A DNA stretch of 30,027 nt from Candidatus Caldarchaeales archaeon (GTDB taxonomy: Archaea; Thermoproteota; Nitrososphaeria_A; Caldarchaeales; Wolframiiraptoraceae), in the NCBI GenBank assembly GCA_039630055.1, contig JBCNVN010000017.1, positions 1 to 30,027 of the forward strand, written 5' to 3'. Below the pieces are notes generated by a model, which was given only the letters and a program-made list of their open reading frames with translations, was not told the DNA's origin and did no database searches. The position numbers were made by a program, and so were the translations under genes. How positions within the stretch are numbered: position 1 is the first letter of the stretch; each line of letters begins with the position of its first letter. Shown one piece after another: positions 9,176 to 19,256 of the stretch.

Positions 9176-9270
9176 TGCTCCGGCCGGGATTTGAACCCGG
9201 GTCCCTGGCTCGAAAGGCCATTTTACGGCTCTTGGAGCCTGTATACTTGTCCGGGCTATACTACCGGAGC
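9176..9270 (-). tRNA. tRNA-Glu(TTC) with 20-nt intron at position 27/28 (9221-9240)
   Basis: Acceptor GCTCCGG/CCGGAGC. Removing AGGCTCCAAGAGCCGTAAAA gives anticodon arm CTGGC-CTTTCGA-GCCAG. T-arm CCGGG-TTCAAAT-CCCGG. Confidence 0.93.
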
Positions 9271-9454
9271 ACGGTATACTATACCAATAATGTTAGAGGG
9301 ATATTTTATACTTAGCTTCATCCTAGTTCTTCTTACATTTTCTTATAACAGATTTTATAGTTTATCCATCTTTTTATTATAAAGATTGCTTACTGGAGAT
9401 TGGAGAAGATGGTTATTGACCACTACTTAACCCTTACCTATCTTTTTAATACTA

Positions 9455-9607
9455 TTATTTTGGAAACTCGTATCCGCACTCGGGGCATTTAACATAGTTG
9501 CATGAGATGATGGATGGACATTCACCACATGAGAAGACTCTAGAGTAGCTGACTTCAAAACTAAAACCACATCTGGGACATTTAACGATGTTCTTCTGAT
9601 ACTTCAT
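9455..9607 (-). CDS. 50-aa Cys-rich zinc-ribbon protein (absent from the ORF track)
   Basis: Manual translation: MKYQKNIVKCPRCGFSFEVSYSRVFSCGECPSIISCNYVKCPECGYEFPK*; three CxxC plus one extra Cys. Confidence 0.85.
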   Translation of the reverse strand: MKYQKNIVKCPRCGFSFEVSYSRVFSCGECPSIISCNYVKCPECGYEFPK

Positions 9608-9769
9608 CTTCCATCTTAAATACTAGTATGTGTAGTAGAAAAACCTTGTCTAGCTTAGAAAGAGCATCTCTTGATGATTGTGAGAATCTTATAGAATCAT
9701 TCTAATATCTCGACATAGGGGTTTGGAGTATGATAACTCTCTTAAAAGAATATTCTCTATAAGATTATC

Positions 9770-10753
9770 CTAATCACTCCACCATTTCATGCTATCTCTA
9801 TACTGTCTTATATCATCTTCTCTCAACGGCTTTCTGAATATGAAGAGATGCTCATAATAGAGTAGATAGAAATCTGTATAGTATCTCCTACCTTTTTCTA
9901 TGTCTACCCAGCACTCATCTGCTGTCTTTGCTAATCCAGCCCACTTCTCTCTAGTCGTCTTAGTCTTCCACTGATATTTTATAATGTCTTCCCTAAGGAT
10001 GAAGCCAGCCTCTAGAAAAGCCTGCATAGTCCTGAAGGCTACTGGAACATGATGCCTCTGCCTCCTAATATCTCCTACAAGTATTGCACAGAATCTTCCA
10101 GGTTTCAAGACTCTATAACTTTCTCTCGCTATCTCTTTCATACTGTCTATGTATTCGTCGAGACTACCTACAGCCGATATGTCTCCAGGCATCCTCTCTC
10201 TCTTGTTGTAGCGTATGATGTTTACATATGGTGGATGCGTGGCTATCAGGTCTATGGTCTCGTCTTCGATCAAGTCGAGGTTCCTCGCATCTCCTACATA
10301 CGTTCTTATCCAAGTTCTAGGAAAGCTGGGATCGGGAGGATTATACTCAAAGTTTAATCTATCAAGTGTGAGCATTATGCAGTTGATATTTATATCGACT
10401 CCGATAGCATTTCTTCCGAGAAGCTTGCACTCTATCAGCGTTGTTCCAGACCCGCACATCTGGTCTAAAACCGTCTCATTAAGTTTAGAATATCTGATTA
10501 TTATGTTTCTCACCATCTGTGGAGGCCAATTCCCTCTAAAATCTCCTTGATGGGTTGCCCACGTCCCCCTCTCTGGGAAAGACCAGACATTCGTGGTCTC
10601 AAGCTTGAAACCTCTAGGTTGAAGCTCTCTGATCCTTTTAGGCTTTCCAATCCTAATCTTTACATCCTCTATAACCACTTCACCATTAACCTCTATGAAC
10701 CTCTCATAATCTTTACAGGTTACCTCTTTCATCCCAATGTATCTCTCCGACAT
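9770..10753 (-). CDS. Orphan amino (N4-C/N6-A) DNA methyltransferase, Trm11-like fold
   Basis: SAM motif I VLDQMCGSGTT precedes motif IV DLIATHPPY; YRVLKPGRFCAILVGD, GFILREDIIK, EHLFIFRK. Confidence 0.85.
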   Translation of the reverse strand: MSERYIGMKEVTCKDYERFIEVNGEVVIEDVKIRIGKPKRIRELQPRGFKLETTNVWSFPERGTWATHQGDFRGNWPPQMVRNIIIRYSKLNETVLDQMCGSGTTLIECKLLGRNAIGVDININCIMLTLDRLNFEYNPPDPSFPRTWIRTYVGDARNLDLIEDETIDLIATHPPYVNIIRYNKRERMPGDISAVGSLDEYIDSMKEIARESYRVLKPGRFCAILVGDIRRQRHHVPVAFRTMQAFLEAGFILREDIIKYQWKTKTTREKWAGLAKTADECWVDIEKGRRYYTDFYLLYYEHLFIFRKPLREDDIRQYRDSMKWWSD

Positions 10754-10965
10754 CTCATACTCCTCCTTGGGTCACGAATTCCTACACGATAACTTTCTCC
10801 ATAGTAGATGGTCTCGAAGTAAGCTTTAAAGTATTGATGACTGGGATAACTATAACATCAAAAACTATTGACATGGTCTGAATCGAATGGATTAGTAACT
10901 TTTAAATTCGACATATAGACTATCTCTACCTTGACAAGGGGATCAGAGATCGAAGAGGTGAATAG

Positions 10966-11529
10966 GTGGACTATTTAACACTCATCCTTCTCTCTCTAGG
11001 CTTATCTCTAGATGATTTCGGAATAGCTTTTGCTCTTAGCCTTCTAACACTTGGAGAATCTTTTAGAATTCGGATGGCTTATGCGGGTAAGATAGCGGTG
11101 GCATTCTCTATCTCAACCGCTCTCCTACCTTTAATAGGCTGGATAGCAGGCTTAATGATCTATGGTTGGGTTGCTGTATTCGATGATTGGATCGTTTTGA
11201 TAGTCTTCTGCGGAGTCGGGCTATGGATCATTAAAGAAGCTTTTGAAGATGAAAAGCTTAAGTCTGTTAACATGTTTTCCTCATCATTCTGGATGCTTGT
11301 GGCCACTGGCGTATTTGGAAGCTTAGACGAGAGCGTATTAGGGGTTAGTTACCCATTCCTCGATATCTCCATCCCATGGATAATAACCGCGGTCATCTTG
11401 GCTAACACAGCTCTAGTATACATGGCGATGCTGTTGAGTATCTGGATAAGGGGTCTAAGCAAGAGATTCACCTCAATCCTCTCCGGCTCAATCCTTATAT
11501 TGCTCGGCATAATGAACTTCATAAGATAA
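10966..11529 (+). CDS. mntP: Manganese efflux pump MntP family
   Basis: LSLGLSLDDFGIA and GSLDESVLG repeats, LPLIGW, FDDWI; six TM; GAGGTGA SD. Confidence 0.85.
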   Translation: MDYLTLILLSLGLSLDDFGIAFALSLLTLGESFRIRMAYAGKIAVAFSISTALLPLIGWIAGLMIYGWVAVFDDWIVLIVFCGVGLWIIKEAFEDEKLKSVNMFSSSFWMLVATGVFGSLDESVLGVSYPFLDISIPWIITAVILANTALVYMAMLLSIWIRGLSKRFTSILSGSILILLGIMNFIR

Positions 11530-11741
11530 CTAGTCAAAGCATCAGAATTCTTCATCAACTTCACATTCTCTACTTGGAAAGCACGTAATCTTCGATCTAT
11601 CGATAGGCTTAACGATCTATAGATAAGATAATCTTCAAGATTTCAGCACAACTCTTACCCTAAACTAAATTGGTCGAAGACATTATAGAAAGCTCTTATA
11701 CTCTTTGAACCATGTTCTAGTTAAAAGACTGATCAGCCGAG

Positions 11742-12653
11742 GTGGTAGGGATTAAGATCGGTTATCCTTGCATAAACCTAAGGATAGGTTGCAGAAGCGA
11801 TAAAACCTTTAGGCTCAAATCATACTCGGAGAAACGCTTGATAGAGACGGTAGATAACAACCTCGACTGTCTACTCAGAATCCTCAAATTCAACTATGAA
11901 CACAATATATTATTCTTCAGGATAACATCTGACCTCATACCTTTCGCATCTCATCCAATCTGTAGATTTAACTGGCAGAACCACTTTAAGAAAAAGTTTG
12001 AAGAAATAGGAGAATTCATAATGAGAACTGGTATGAGGATCTCGATGCATCCAGACCAGTTCACCTTGATAAACTCTATCGATGAAGAAGTATTCCAGAG
12101 AAGCGTTAAAGAACTTTCTTACCATGCTCAAGTTCTAGAACTTATGAAGCTAGATACCACTGCAAAGATCCAGATCCACATCGGTGGAGCTTATGGAGAT
12201 AAAAGAGAAAGCATGAGAAGATTCATTAAAAGATTCTATCAGCTCGATGACCAAATCGCCCGTAGGCTTACAATAGAGAATGATGATAAAATATTCTCTT
12301 TTCAAGATTGTCTAGATGTAAGTAGAGAAACAGAAATACCTATCGTGTTCGATGTCTTTCATCATTCACTTAACAATTCTGGTGAGAGTATCTCTCAAGT
12401 TTTCGAAAAACTAGTTAGAACTTGGAGTACTGATAAGGATGGTGTCCCCATGGTAGATTATAGTTCTCGAAAACGTGGAGGCTCTCCGCGACAGCATGCA
12501 GAGTCCATAGACCTGAAACACTTTAAATCTTTCATAAAAGAATCCAGACCATACGATTTTGATATTATGCTAGAGATAAAAGATAAGGAGAGGAGTGCTC
12601 TTAAAGCTGTCAAGATAGCTATGGATGATCCCCGATTCATAAAAGTATCATGA
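11742..12653 (+). CDS. uvsE: UV DNA damage endonuclease UvsE/UVDE
   Basis: IGYPC, FFRITSDLIPFASHP, RISMHPDQF, HIGGAYGDK, LTIENDD, VFDVFHH, DIMLEIKDKE. Confidence 0.96.
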   Translation: MVGIKIGYPCINLRIGCRSDKTFRLKSYSEKRLIETVDNNLDCLLRILKFNYEHNILFFRITSDLIPFASHPICRFNWQNHFKKKFEEIGEFIMRTGMRISMHPDQFTLINSIDEEVFQRSVKELSYHAQVLELMKLDTTAKIQIHIGGAYGDKRESMRRFIKRFYQLDDQIARRLTIENDDKIFSFQDCLDVSRETEIPIVFDVFHHSLNNSGESISQVFEKLVRTWSTDKDGVPMVDYSSRKRGGSPRQHAESIDLKHFKSFIKESRPYDFDIMLEIKDKERSALKAVKIAMDDPRFIKVS

Positions 12654-12731
12654 AGCCGGATATATGTTGAAAACTATATCAGAAATCTGTATTGATATAA
12701 GATGCTGGGTAGACCTATCTAAAGATCTAGG

Positions 12732-12827
12732 TGGGCCGGGCCGGATTCGAACCGGCGACCTCCGCCGCATCCCCGCCGATATATTCTTGCTGTCAGGGCG
12801 GCGTCATAGCCGCTAGACTACCGGCCC
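12732..12827 (-). tRNA. tRNA-Val(GAC) with 23-nt anticodon-loop intron (~12768-12790)
   Basis: Acceptor GGGCCGG/CCGGCCC, Val-type D-arm GTCTAGCGGCTATGAC, anticodon arm CCGCC-CTGACA[intron]C-GGCGG, T-arm GCCGG-TTCGAAT-CCGGC. Confidence 0.88.
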
Positions 12828-12851
12828 TCCGATGATGTTTAATCATGAGAA

Positions 12852-12859
12852 TTAATAAA
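12852..12859 (-). promoter_or_regulatory. TATA box of tRNA-Val
   Basis: TTTATTAA on the minus strand, 25-32 nt upstream of the tRNA 5' end. Confidence 0.55.
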
Positions 12860-13082
12860 TCCATCGCTCTACCTATCTATATGTGTATCTCCAGTGGTAG
12901 TCGGGTGTTTTTCTTCTAACTATGCTGGAAAAATTATCCGATTCGGTAGAGAGGGTTTAACCATCTTTCTAATCCTTGGAAAAAGCATTAAAGAGTCTTC
13001 GAATTAAGTATTCTAGGAAGGCTTGTACCATACTTTTCCCTCATGGAGATGACATATCCTAGATTTAGAGTTTAGGCATAAT

Positions 13083-13628
13083 TTAATTCCTAGTCTGTCT
13101 TTCCACTTTCTTTCCACATCTTTGTGGTATTATTCTTAGTTCTGCAGACTTGAACTCTCTAGTTAGCTCCTTTCCCTCTTGGAGCCAGTCTAGGAAAGTG
13201 GCTAACGCTGCCACCTCGCTGTGCGGTTGGTTAGATACCGCTATATTATAGTCTGCTAGCTCATATACCTCTCTCGGAACCTTCTCTGAACCAACTATAA
13301 CCATTATATCTTTCTCTCTCCAAATTCTTCTCACCTCATCTATAACATCTGGTAGATTTAATCCGTATACTGTTAGATGAATAATCTTTCCATCATTCTT
13401 CTTCCATTCCATTATAATCTTCCTCCACTCTTCTTCATATTCTATCTCGATCTCTCCACCCCATCTCTTAACAAACTTCTTCATCCTCTCGATCAGCTTA
13501 TCGTCTCTCTCCCCTGAGATTATGACTTTATCAGCACCGTAGGCTCTAGCCGTTAAGAAAACATGTGTAGTAATCCTCTTATCTCTCATGATTCTATGTC
13601 CAAGCCTTAGCACTACGATGTTACCCAT
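13083..13628 (-). CDS. trm56: tRNA (cytidine56-2'-O)-methyltransferase aTrm56
   Basis: [45 protein letters not shown] motifs. Confidence 0.96.
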   Translation of the reverse strand: MGNIVVLRLGHRIMRDKRITTHVFLTARAYGADKVIISGERDDKLIERMKKFVKRWGGEIEIEYEEEWRKIIMEWKKNDGKIIHLTVYGLNLPDVIDEVRRIWREKDIMVIVGSEKVPREVYELADYNIAVSNQPHSEVAALATFLDWLQEGKELTREFKSAELRIIPQRCGKKVERQTRN

Positions 13629-13630
13629 CT

Positions 13631-14215
13631 CTACTTCTTAGCTTTAAGAGCCTTAGATACTTCTTCTTTTATAGGAAGTTCTTCAACCTTCTTAGCCCTA
13701 GCTATCTGTTCGAGATACCTCTTTATCTCATCGATTTTAGATTCTATTGCTTTCAATACTTCTTCATTATCGATTGGTTGAAGCATGTTACCGCATAATC
13801 GACATCTGAATAGATTGTCTAAAGCTTCCTCGAATGTGAGCTTTCTACATCCCTTGGTTCCACACCAGTAAAACTGGTGGCTTCTCTCATACTCTAACCT
13901 CTCCTCCAACCTCTCAAGTATCTTCTTCATATTAGTTATTATGAAGCCTGTTACCTGCTCTTGTCCAACATACCATCTAAATATTCTATGACCTGTATCT
14001 TTATCTCTAGCCAGCTCATAATGTAAGATTCCCTGCTCATTCAGTTTATGAAGTATTTTTCTAACCTCTCTAACATCTATCTGGAGGAGGCTTGATAGTT
14101 CTTCATCGGTTATGCCAGGTCTCTTCAGTAGATTCTTCATGATCTGTCCTGAAGTCTCTCCTCCAATAAGAATGGCAAGCTCCACAATCGTATCTTCATC
14201 GATGTGTAGAAGCAT
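13631..14215 (-). CDS. tfe: Transcription factor E (TFE alpha)
   Basis: wHTH TDEELS..L...EVRKILHKL, Zn ribbon C..(C)..TFEEA...FRCRLCG; adjacent to trm56 as is common in archaea. Confidence 0.95.
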   Translation of the reverse strand: MLLHIDEDTIVELAILIGGETSGQIMKNLLKRPGITDEELSSLLQIDVREVRKILHKLNEQGILHYELARDKDTGHRIFRWYVGQEQVTGFIITNMKKILERLEERLEYERSHQFYWCGTKGCRKLTFEEALDNLFRCRLCGNMLQPIDNEEVLKAIESKIDEIKRYLEQIARAKKVEELPIKEEVSKALKAKK

Positions 14216-14916
14216 ACCATCATAAAAATAATTTAATAGAAATTAAAATACGTTTCCAAGTTATGATAAGTTATTTATAGCTCCATCATCGAAGAGCAGA
14301 TGTAGACGATATATTAGTTAAGAATGCTTTTCTAAGAAAATGATGGTAGAATAGTTAAGATAGGAGAAGCAGAAGAGATAGACCAACTTACTCTATCTTC
14401 TAGTAGAATAGACACTCTCCTCATCATATCTCTTAATCTTCTCCATCAATGGTTTGGAGACTGGGCTTAGTCTATCTGCTCTTTCAGACATAGAAATGCA
14501 TCTATACTTCTCTTTAGATCTTCCTTCAAGTCTCCCAAGTACCGAATCCCAGACATCTAACCTCACTTTAGAACTCAGTAGATGTTAAGTGGTCTATACC
14601 TATATCTCCAAATGAGTAGGATAACCCAAAGGATTTCTGAACTCTTAGTAGGAGTTTAGACGTCTCCAAACGTCTGATCTATACCCTAGCAGTCTCCTCA
14701 AATATGATCATTTATTCCTATAAATTACTCTTCAAAGATCCTTAATCCTAGAAGATAGATGAGCTCAATGCTAGATAATTGATAGGGGTGAGGTTGAGAC
14801 TAGGCTCACCGAGTCTATAGCTGAGAGGATAGAGGGCTCCCTTGATATACTCTCTGTTTTAGACGCTTTCTGGTCTTGAAATAAGCTTAAAATACGTCAA
14901 AATGACCGGTTTAATT

Positions 14917-16200
14917 ATGATAATTAGAAAAGCTAGGATTAGAGGTAAAGATGGATTATTCGATATCAAGATAGAGGATGGGTTGATAAAGAGTATCTCC
15001 CCACATATCTCAGCTAGAGATGAAGAAGAAATAGATGTAGAGGGTCGCCTAGTGATGCCAACATTCATAGATATGCATTTCCATCTAGACTCGGTACTAA
15101 CCCTAGGAGATCCAAGATTCAATAAATCTGGAACACTGCTAGAAGGAATAGAGATATGGTCAGAATACAAGAAAAAGCTTAGTGTAGAGGATATTCTAGA
15201 CAGAGCAGGGAGAGCTTTAATGCTTATGGTCTCATACGGTACTACAATGATTAGAACGCATGCAGACATTACTGATAAAAACTTGATTACGCTTAAAGGA
15301 TTACTAGAGGTTAAGCGATTATTCAAAGATATAATCGATATACAGATAACCGCTTTTCCCCAGGATGGAATATTGACAGATCCAGAAAATGTCGAACTGC
15401 TTGAGAAGAGTATAGAAATGGGTGCTGACAATGTTGGAATGATCCCACATCTCGAATATACTAGAGAGGATGGAGTCAGATCTATAGATATATCATTCGA
15501 GATAGCTAAAAAATATAATAAAGATATAGATGGACATGTAGATGAGACTGATGATGAGCATTCTAGATTTCTCGAAGTTGTCGCTGCGAAAACTATAAGG
15601 GAAGAATATTTTGGTAGGGTGACCGCTGGACATGCTACCGCTATGCACTCTTATAACGATGCATATGCAGACAAGCTTTACAGATTGCTCAAGATAGCTC
15701 AGATAACCATAGTCCCAAACCCCTTGATAAACATCCATCTCCAAGGAAGATATGATAAGTATCCAAAGAGGAGAGGGTTAGCAAGGATCAAGGAGCTGAT
15801 GGATAATGGGATAAATGTGGCCCTCGGACATGATTGCATCATGGATCCATGGTATCCACTCGGTAGAGGAGACATGATGCTCGTACTCTTCATGGCCGTC
15901 CACATAGCCCAGATGATGGGTTACGATGAGCTCGTAAGATCTTTAGACCTCATAACGGTAAACTCTGCCAAAGCACTTAGGATAGATTCTAAATATGGGG
16001 TGGGAGTAGGAAGAATGGCGAACCTAGTAGTACTTGACGCATACAGCGAGATCGAGGCCTTAACATATCTTAAACGACCACTCTACGTTATAAAAAATGG
16101 GAAGATAATATCTGAGAAGAAACCTGATGAAGTTAAGGTTATAGACCCTTTATATGGAAAGCTCTCCCGATTTGAAGAACCCTTACATAGAAAGCCTTGA
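14917..16200 (+). CDS. codA: Cytosine deaminase (amidohydrolase superfamily)
   Basis: DMHFHLD, NKSGTLLEGI, RTHAD, AFPQDG, PHLEYTRE, HVDETDD, GHATAMHSY, GHDCIMDPWYPLG. Start is 14902 or 14917. Confidence 0.93.
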   Translation: MIIRKARIRGKDGLFDIKIEDGLIKSISPHISARDEEEIDVEGRLVMPTFIDMHFHLDSVLTLGDPRFNKSGTLLEGIEIWSEYKKKLSVEDILDRAGRALMLMVSYGTTMIRTHADITDKNLITLKGLLEVKRLFKDIIDIQITAFPQDGILTDPENVELLEKSIEMGADNVGMIPHLEYTREDGVRSIDISFEIAKKYNKDIDGHVDETDDEHSRFLEVVAAKTIREEYFGRVTAGHATAMHSYNDAYADKLYRLLKIAQITIVPNPLINIHLQGRYDKYPKRRGLARIKELMDNGINVALGHDCIMDPWYPLGRGDMMLVLFMAVHIAQMMGYDELVRSLDLITVNSAKALRIDSKYGVGVGRMANLVVLDAYSEIEALTYLKRPLYVIKNGKIISEKKPDEVKVIDPLYGKLSRFEEPLHRKP

Positions 16201-16452
16201 ATAGACTATAAACCTGCATTATGAGTTTTCTTAAAAACAATATAAGTAAAAATTAACGTAAAGTTCCTCCTACACTGTTAGAATAATCGTGGGAATATCT
16301 GAGGTTAGTACTCTAATCTCGTGAAATCGTATCTTGAATTTATAATTATTTACTGAAAATTTTAAAGTTAATAAGTTGTCTCTATGTAGTGATAGCAAAG
16401 GTTTAATTGTCTCTACCTTGATATGCTATAGTGAGATATGGAGTGATGTATA

Positions 16453-17673
16453 TTGGTGAGTAAAAAATCTATTAATGCTGTATCTAAAACCGTTGCTATC
16501 CTGATCGCATTAGTGATAATTTTGGCTATCGTCGCAGCGGTTGAGCCGGTAATGCTGCCTGCAACAACTATAACGAAGACTGACGTTATAACCGAAACTA
16601 AGACTTTTACGACTAGTGTAGGAGCAGCAACGGTAACGGAGACGAGAACAGTATCTACAACAGTGGAGAAGACCGTTACCGTTGGGAAACCTCAGAAGAC
16701 GGAGCTTGTGGTTAGAGCCGTCTTCCAGACCCCTGTAAGCGAGCCTTGGGATGGAGCTATACATACAGCAATCCTCGCAGTTAAGGAAGAGTATGCCGCC
16801 AAAGGTATAAAAGTTGATTATCAGTTTGTAGATAGGAAGATAGACCCGAAAGAGTATGAACTGGCTCTTGAAGATGCAGCAAAAGTTGCAGATATAGTCT
16901 TCCTAGACGCATTCTTAAAAGAAGATATAGCTAGAAGAGTAGCTCAGAAGTATCCTAACGTAGCGTTTGCAGCTGGAAGCGAGTATCTGCCAACACCTCC
17001 GAACTTCGCCGTCTTCGATAACTGGCTACATCAACCAGCCTTCCTGGCCGGGGTAATTGCTGGAAGGGTTACTAAAACGAATAAGATAGGTGTTGTAGCG
17101 GCCATGGAGATAAACGAGGTAAATAGGATAGTTAATGCATTCATACTTGGTGCGAAGACTGTGAACCCAAACGTTAAAGCTAAAGTTGTATATCTACTTG
17201 GAAACATTCCGCCTGGAGAGTCTCCATGGTATCATCCAGCAACTGCTAAGAGACTTGCCAAGACCCTGATAGATCTAGGAGCAGATGTAATCTTTGCCGA
17301 GAGGGTTGGAGCAGAAGAGGCAGCTAGAGAAGCATATGCTGGAGGGAAGGAGGTCTGGGTTATAGGGATGATGGCAGATCAATATGATAGAGCTCCTGAA
17401 GTAACTGTAACCAGTCTAGTCTGGGATATGAGACCAACTGTAAGAGTAGCTTTCGAGAGAGTACTGGCTGGAACATGGACAGCGGACAATCTTGGAACAT
17501 ATTCTTGGATGAGCTTTGGAGGATCATATCTAGCAGATTTCCATCACTTTGGCAAGCCTTCACCTCCACTCAACTCTGAAATACTGAAAGAAGTCAAAGA
17601 ATGGGAGAAAAGAATAATAGATGGTTTAACATGGATACCGATAGTCGAAACACCACCGGTATCAGATTATTAA
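16453..17673 (+). CDS. BMP-family (PnrA/NupN-like) nucleoside ABC transporter substrate-binding protein
   Basis: N-terminal TM plus Thr-rich linker; AFLAGVIAG..TKTNKIGVV, AFILGAK..NP, GADVIFA. Confidence 0.9.
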   Translation: MVSKKSINAVSKTVAILIALVIILAIVAAVEPVMLPATTITKTDVITETKTFTTSVGAATVTETRTVSTTVEKTVTVGKPQKTELVVRAVFQTPVSEPWDGAIHTAILAVKEEYAAKGIKVDYQFVDRKIDPKEYELALEDAAKVADIVFLDAFLKEDIARRVAQKYPNVAFAAGSEYLPTPPNFAVFDNWLHQPAFLAGVIAGRVTKTNKIGVVAAMEINEVNRIVNAFILGAKTVNPNVKAKVVYLLGNIPPGESPWYHPATAKRLAKTLIDLGADVIFAERVGAEEAAREAYAGGKEVWVIGMMADQYDRAPEVTVTSLVWDMRPTVRVAFERVLAGTWTADNLGTYSWMSFGGSYLADFHHFGKPSPPLNSEILKEVKEWEKRIIDGLTWIPIVETPPVSDY

Positions 17674-17681
17674 AACCATCC

Positions 17682-17693
17682 TTTTTTTTCTTT
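17682..17693 (+). terminator. Oligo-T archaeal terminator/attenuator after the SBP gene
   Basis: T8-C-TTT run 8 nt downstream of the stop codon. Confidence 0.5.
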
Positions 17694-17731
17694 AACTATT
17701 TAAACTGGAACATAATCTTGAAGTTGGAATC

Positions 17732-19255
17732 ATGGGGCACTCAGTAAAACTGGTCAATGTTTGCAAAACTTTTCCCGGCGGCGTCGTAGCTGTAGACAAC
17801 GTATCTTTAGAACTCGAAGAAGGGGTATTGTATGGGTATGTTGGACCTAATGGTGCGGGGAAATCTACCCTAACAAATCTGATAAGCGGCTACTATACCC
17901 CAGATAGAGGAGAGATATATGTTCATGGAGTTAGAATAACAGATTTCCATAAAGCGATCTCAGAGGGAGTGGTAAAGGTAGAACAGCATCCGAATCTAGC
18001 CCCATGGCTTACTCCAGCTGAGCATCTCGCCCTCCTTATCCCCAAGATCTTCTATAATGTCGAGGATTTGAAAGAGAAGGTGGAAGAGTTGATAGATGTG
18101 ATAGGTGTCAAAGTAGATCTAGATGCACGGGTTGAAGATCTACCGATAGGCCATCTGAGAGTATTCGAGATAGTCAAGGCATTAACTTTATGCGATCTCT
18201 TATATCAGGCTGGAAAGAAACCTATTCTAATCTTGGATGAGGCAACAGCCTTTCTCCCAATCCAGCAGAAGAAAGTATTGAAGGATGTGTTGAGAGGTTT
18301 AACTCCCCTCGGATACACGATCATTCTTATCTCACACGATCTAGCTGAGGTTATAGATGTCTCAGATGAGATTCTCGTGATGACTATGGGGAAGATAGTC
18401 GCAAGGTTTAGGTCTGAGAAGCTAGATATGACAGAGCTTATCAGGTCCATGTTCGACACCGTCCCATTACTAGAATCTGCCAAGACTGACCGCACCCATA
18501 TTAGAGAGGAGCCTGCATTAAAGATAGAGTCGTTGAAAGTTAAAGATGATAGAGGTCATATCGTTGTAAGAGACTTAGACTTGACCGTGTATGCTGGAGA
18601 GGTACATGGAGTGGTAGCTATTCCTGGAACGGGAGAGAAAGAGCTTGCTGAATGTATATATGGTCTAAGATCTCCAGAGTCTGGCAGAATCATATTATTT
18701 GGAGAAGATATAACTAAACTAGATGTTTCCCGGAAGAAGATGAAAGGTTTATCGTTTATCTCTGATGATAGGATCAGAGATGGACTTATCCCTGAGGCAA
18801 CGGTTGAAGACAACATGACTATAGGAAGCGAGGATAAGTTTACCTACCTACGGGGACTATTAATAAATACAAAGATCAGGGAGGCGTTGGCCAGACAATT
18901 GATAAGAGAATACTCTATTATTGCTAAAGATATCAAGTCTCCTATAACGACCCTCTCAGGTGGAAACATGCAGCGGGCGTATCTAGCAAGGATTATAGGT
19001 AGACTTGGAAGATTACTGATAGCACTTCACCCAACCATAGGGCTAGATCCCATGGGGACAAAAATCTTCTTCGATAAAGTTGGTGAAAGAAAAGCTAAAG
19101 GGCTTACAACACTTATCTTCTCACCAAATATAAAAGAACTCATAGCATTCTGTGACAGGATCTCCGTTATGAGTGGTGGAAGAATTATCGGGACCTTCAA
19201 GGCGGAAGAGGCAGATATTGAGAAGCTTGGATTGATGGTGAGTGGGGTAGCATAG
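17732..19255 (+). CDS. ABC transporter ATP-binding protein, tandem-NBD CUT2 type
   Basis: Walker A GPNGAGKST, Walker B LILDEAT, ISHDL; second NBD with LSGGNMQR. Confidence 0.93.
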   Translation: MGHSVKLVNVCKTFPGGVVAVDNVSLELEEGVLYGYVGPNGAGKSTLTNLISGYYTPDRGEIYVHGVRITDFHKAISEGVVKVEQHPNLAPWLTPAEHLALLIPKIFYNVEDLKEKVEELIDVIGVKVDLDARVEDLPIGHLRVFEIVKALTLCDLLYQAGKKPILILDEATAFLPIQQKKVLKDVLRGLTPLGYTIILISHDLAEVIDVSDEILVMTMGKIVARFRSEKLDMTELIRSMFDTVPLLESAKTDRTHIREEPALKIESLKVKDDRGHIVVRDLDLTVYAGEVHGVVAIPGTGEKELAECIYGLRSPESGRIILFGEDITKLDVSRKKMKGLSFISDDRIRDGLIPEATVEDNMTIGSEDKFTYLRGLLINTKIREALARQLIREYSIIAKDIKSPITTLSGGNMQRAYLARIIGRLGRLLIALHPTIGLDPMGTKIFFDKVGERKAKGLTTLIFSPNIKELIAFCDRISVMSGGRIIGTFKAEEADIEKLGLMVSGVA

Positions 19256-19256
19256 A

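Noticed and set aside
9191-9382. 63-aa ORF on the + strand
   Set aside because: It overlaps tRNA-Glu antisense; spurious.
9271-12731. Integrated element between tRNA-Glu and tRNA-Val (MTase, mntP, uvsE)
   Set aside because: No integrase and no duplicated tRNA 3' end (att site) found by eye. Accessory-looking, but not a demonstrable mobile element.
14220-14890. ~670-nt gap between tfe and codA with coding-like minus-strand fragments
   Set aside because: Fragments are interrupted by stops and I cannot assign a family; no repeats or RNA structure evident.
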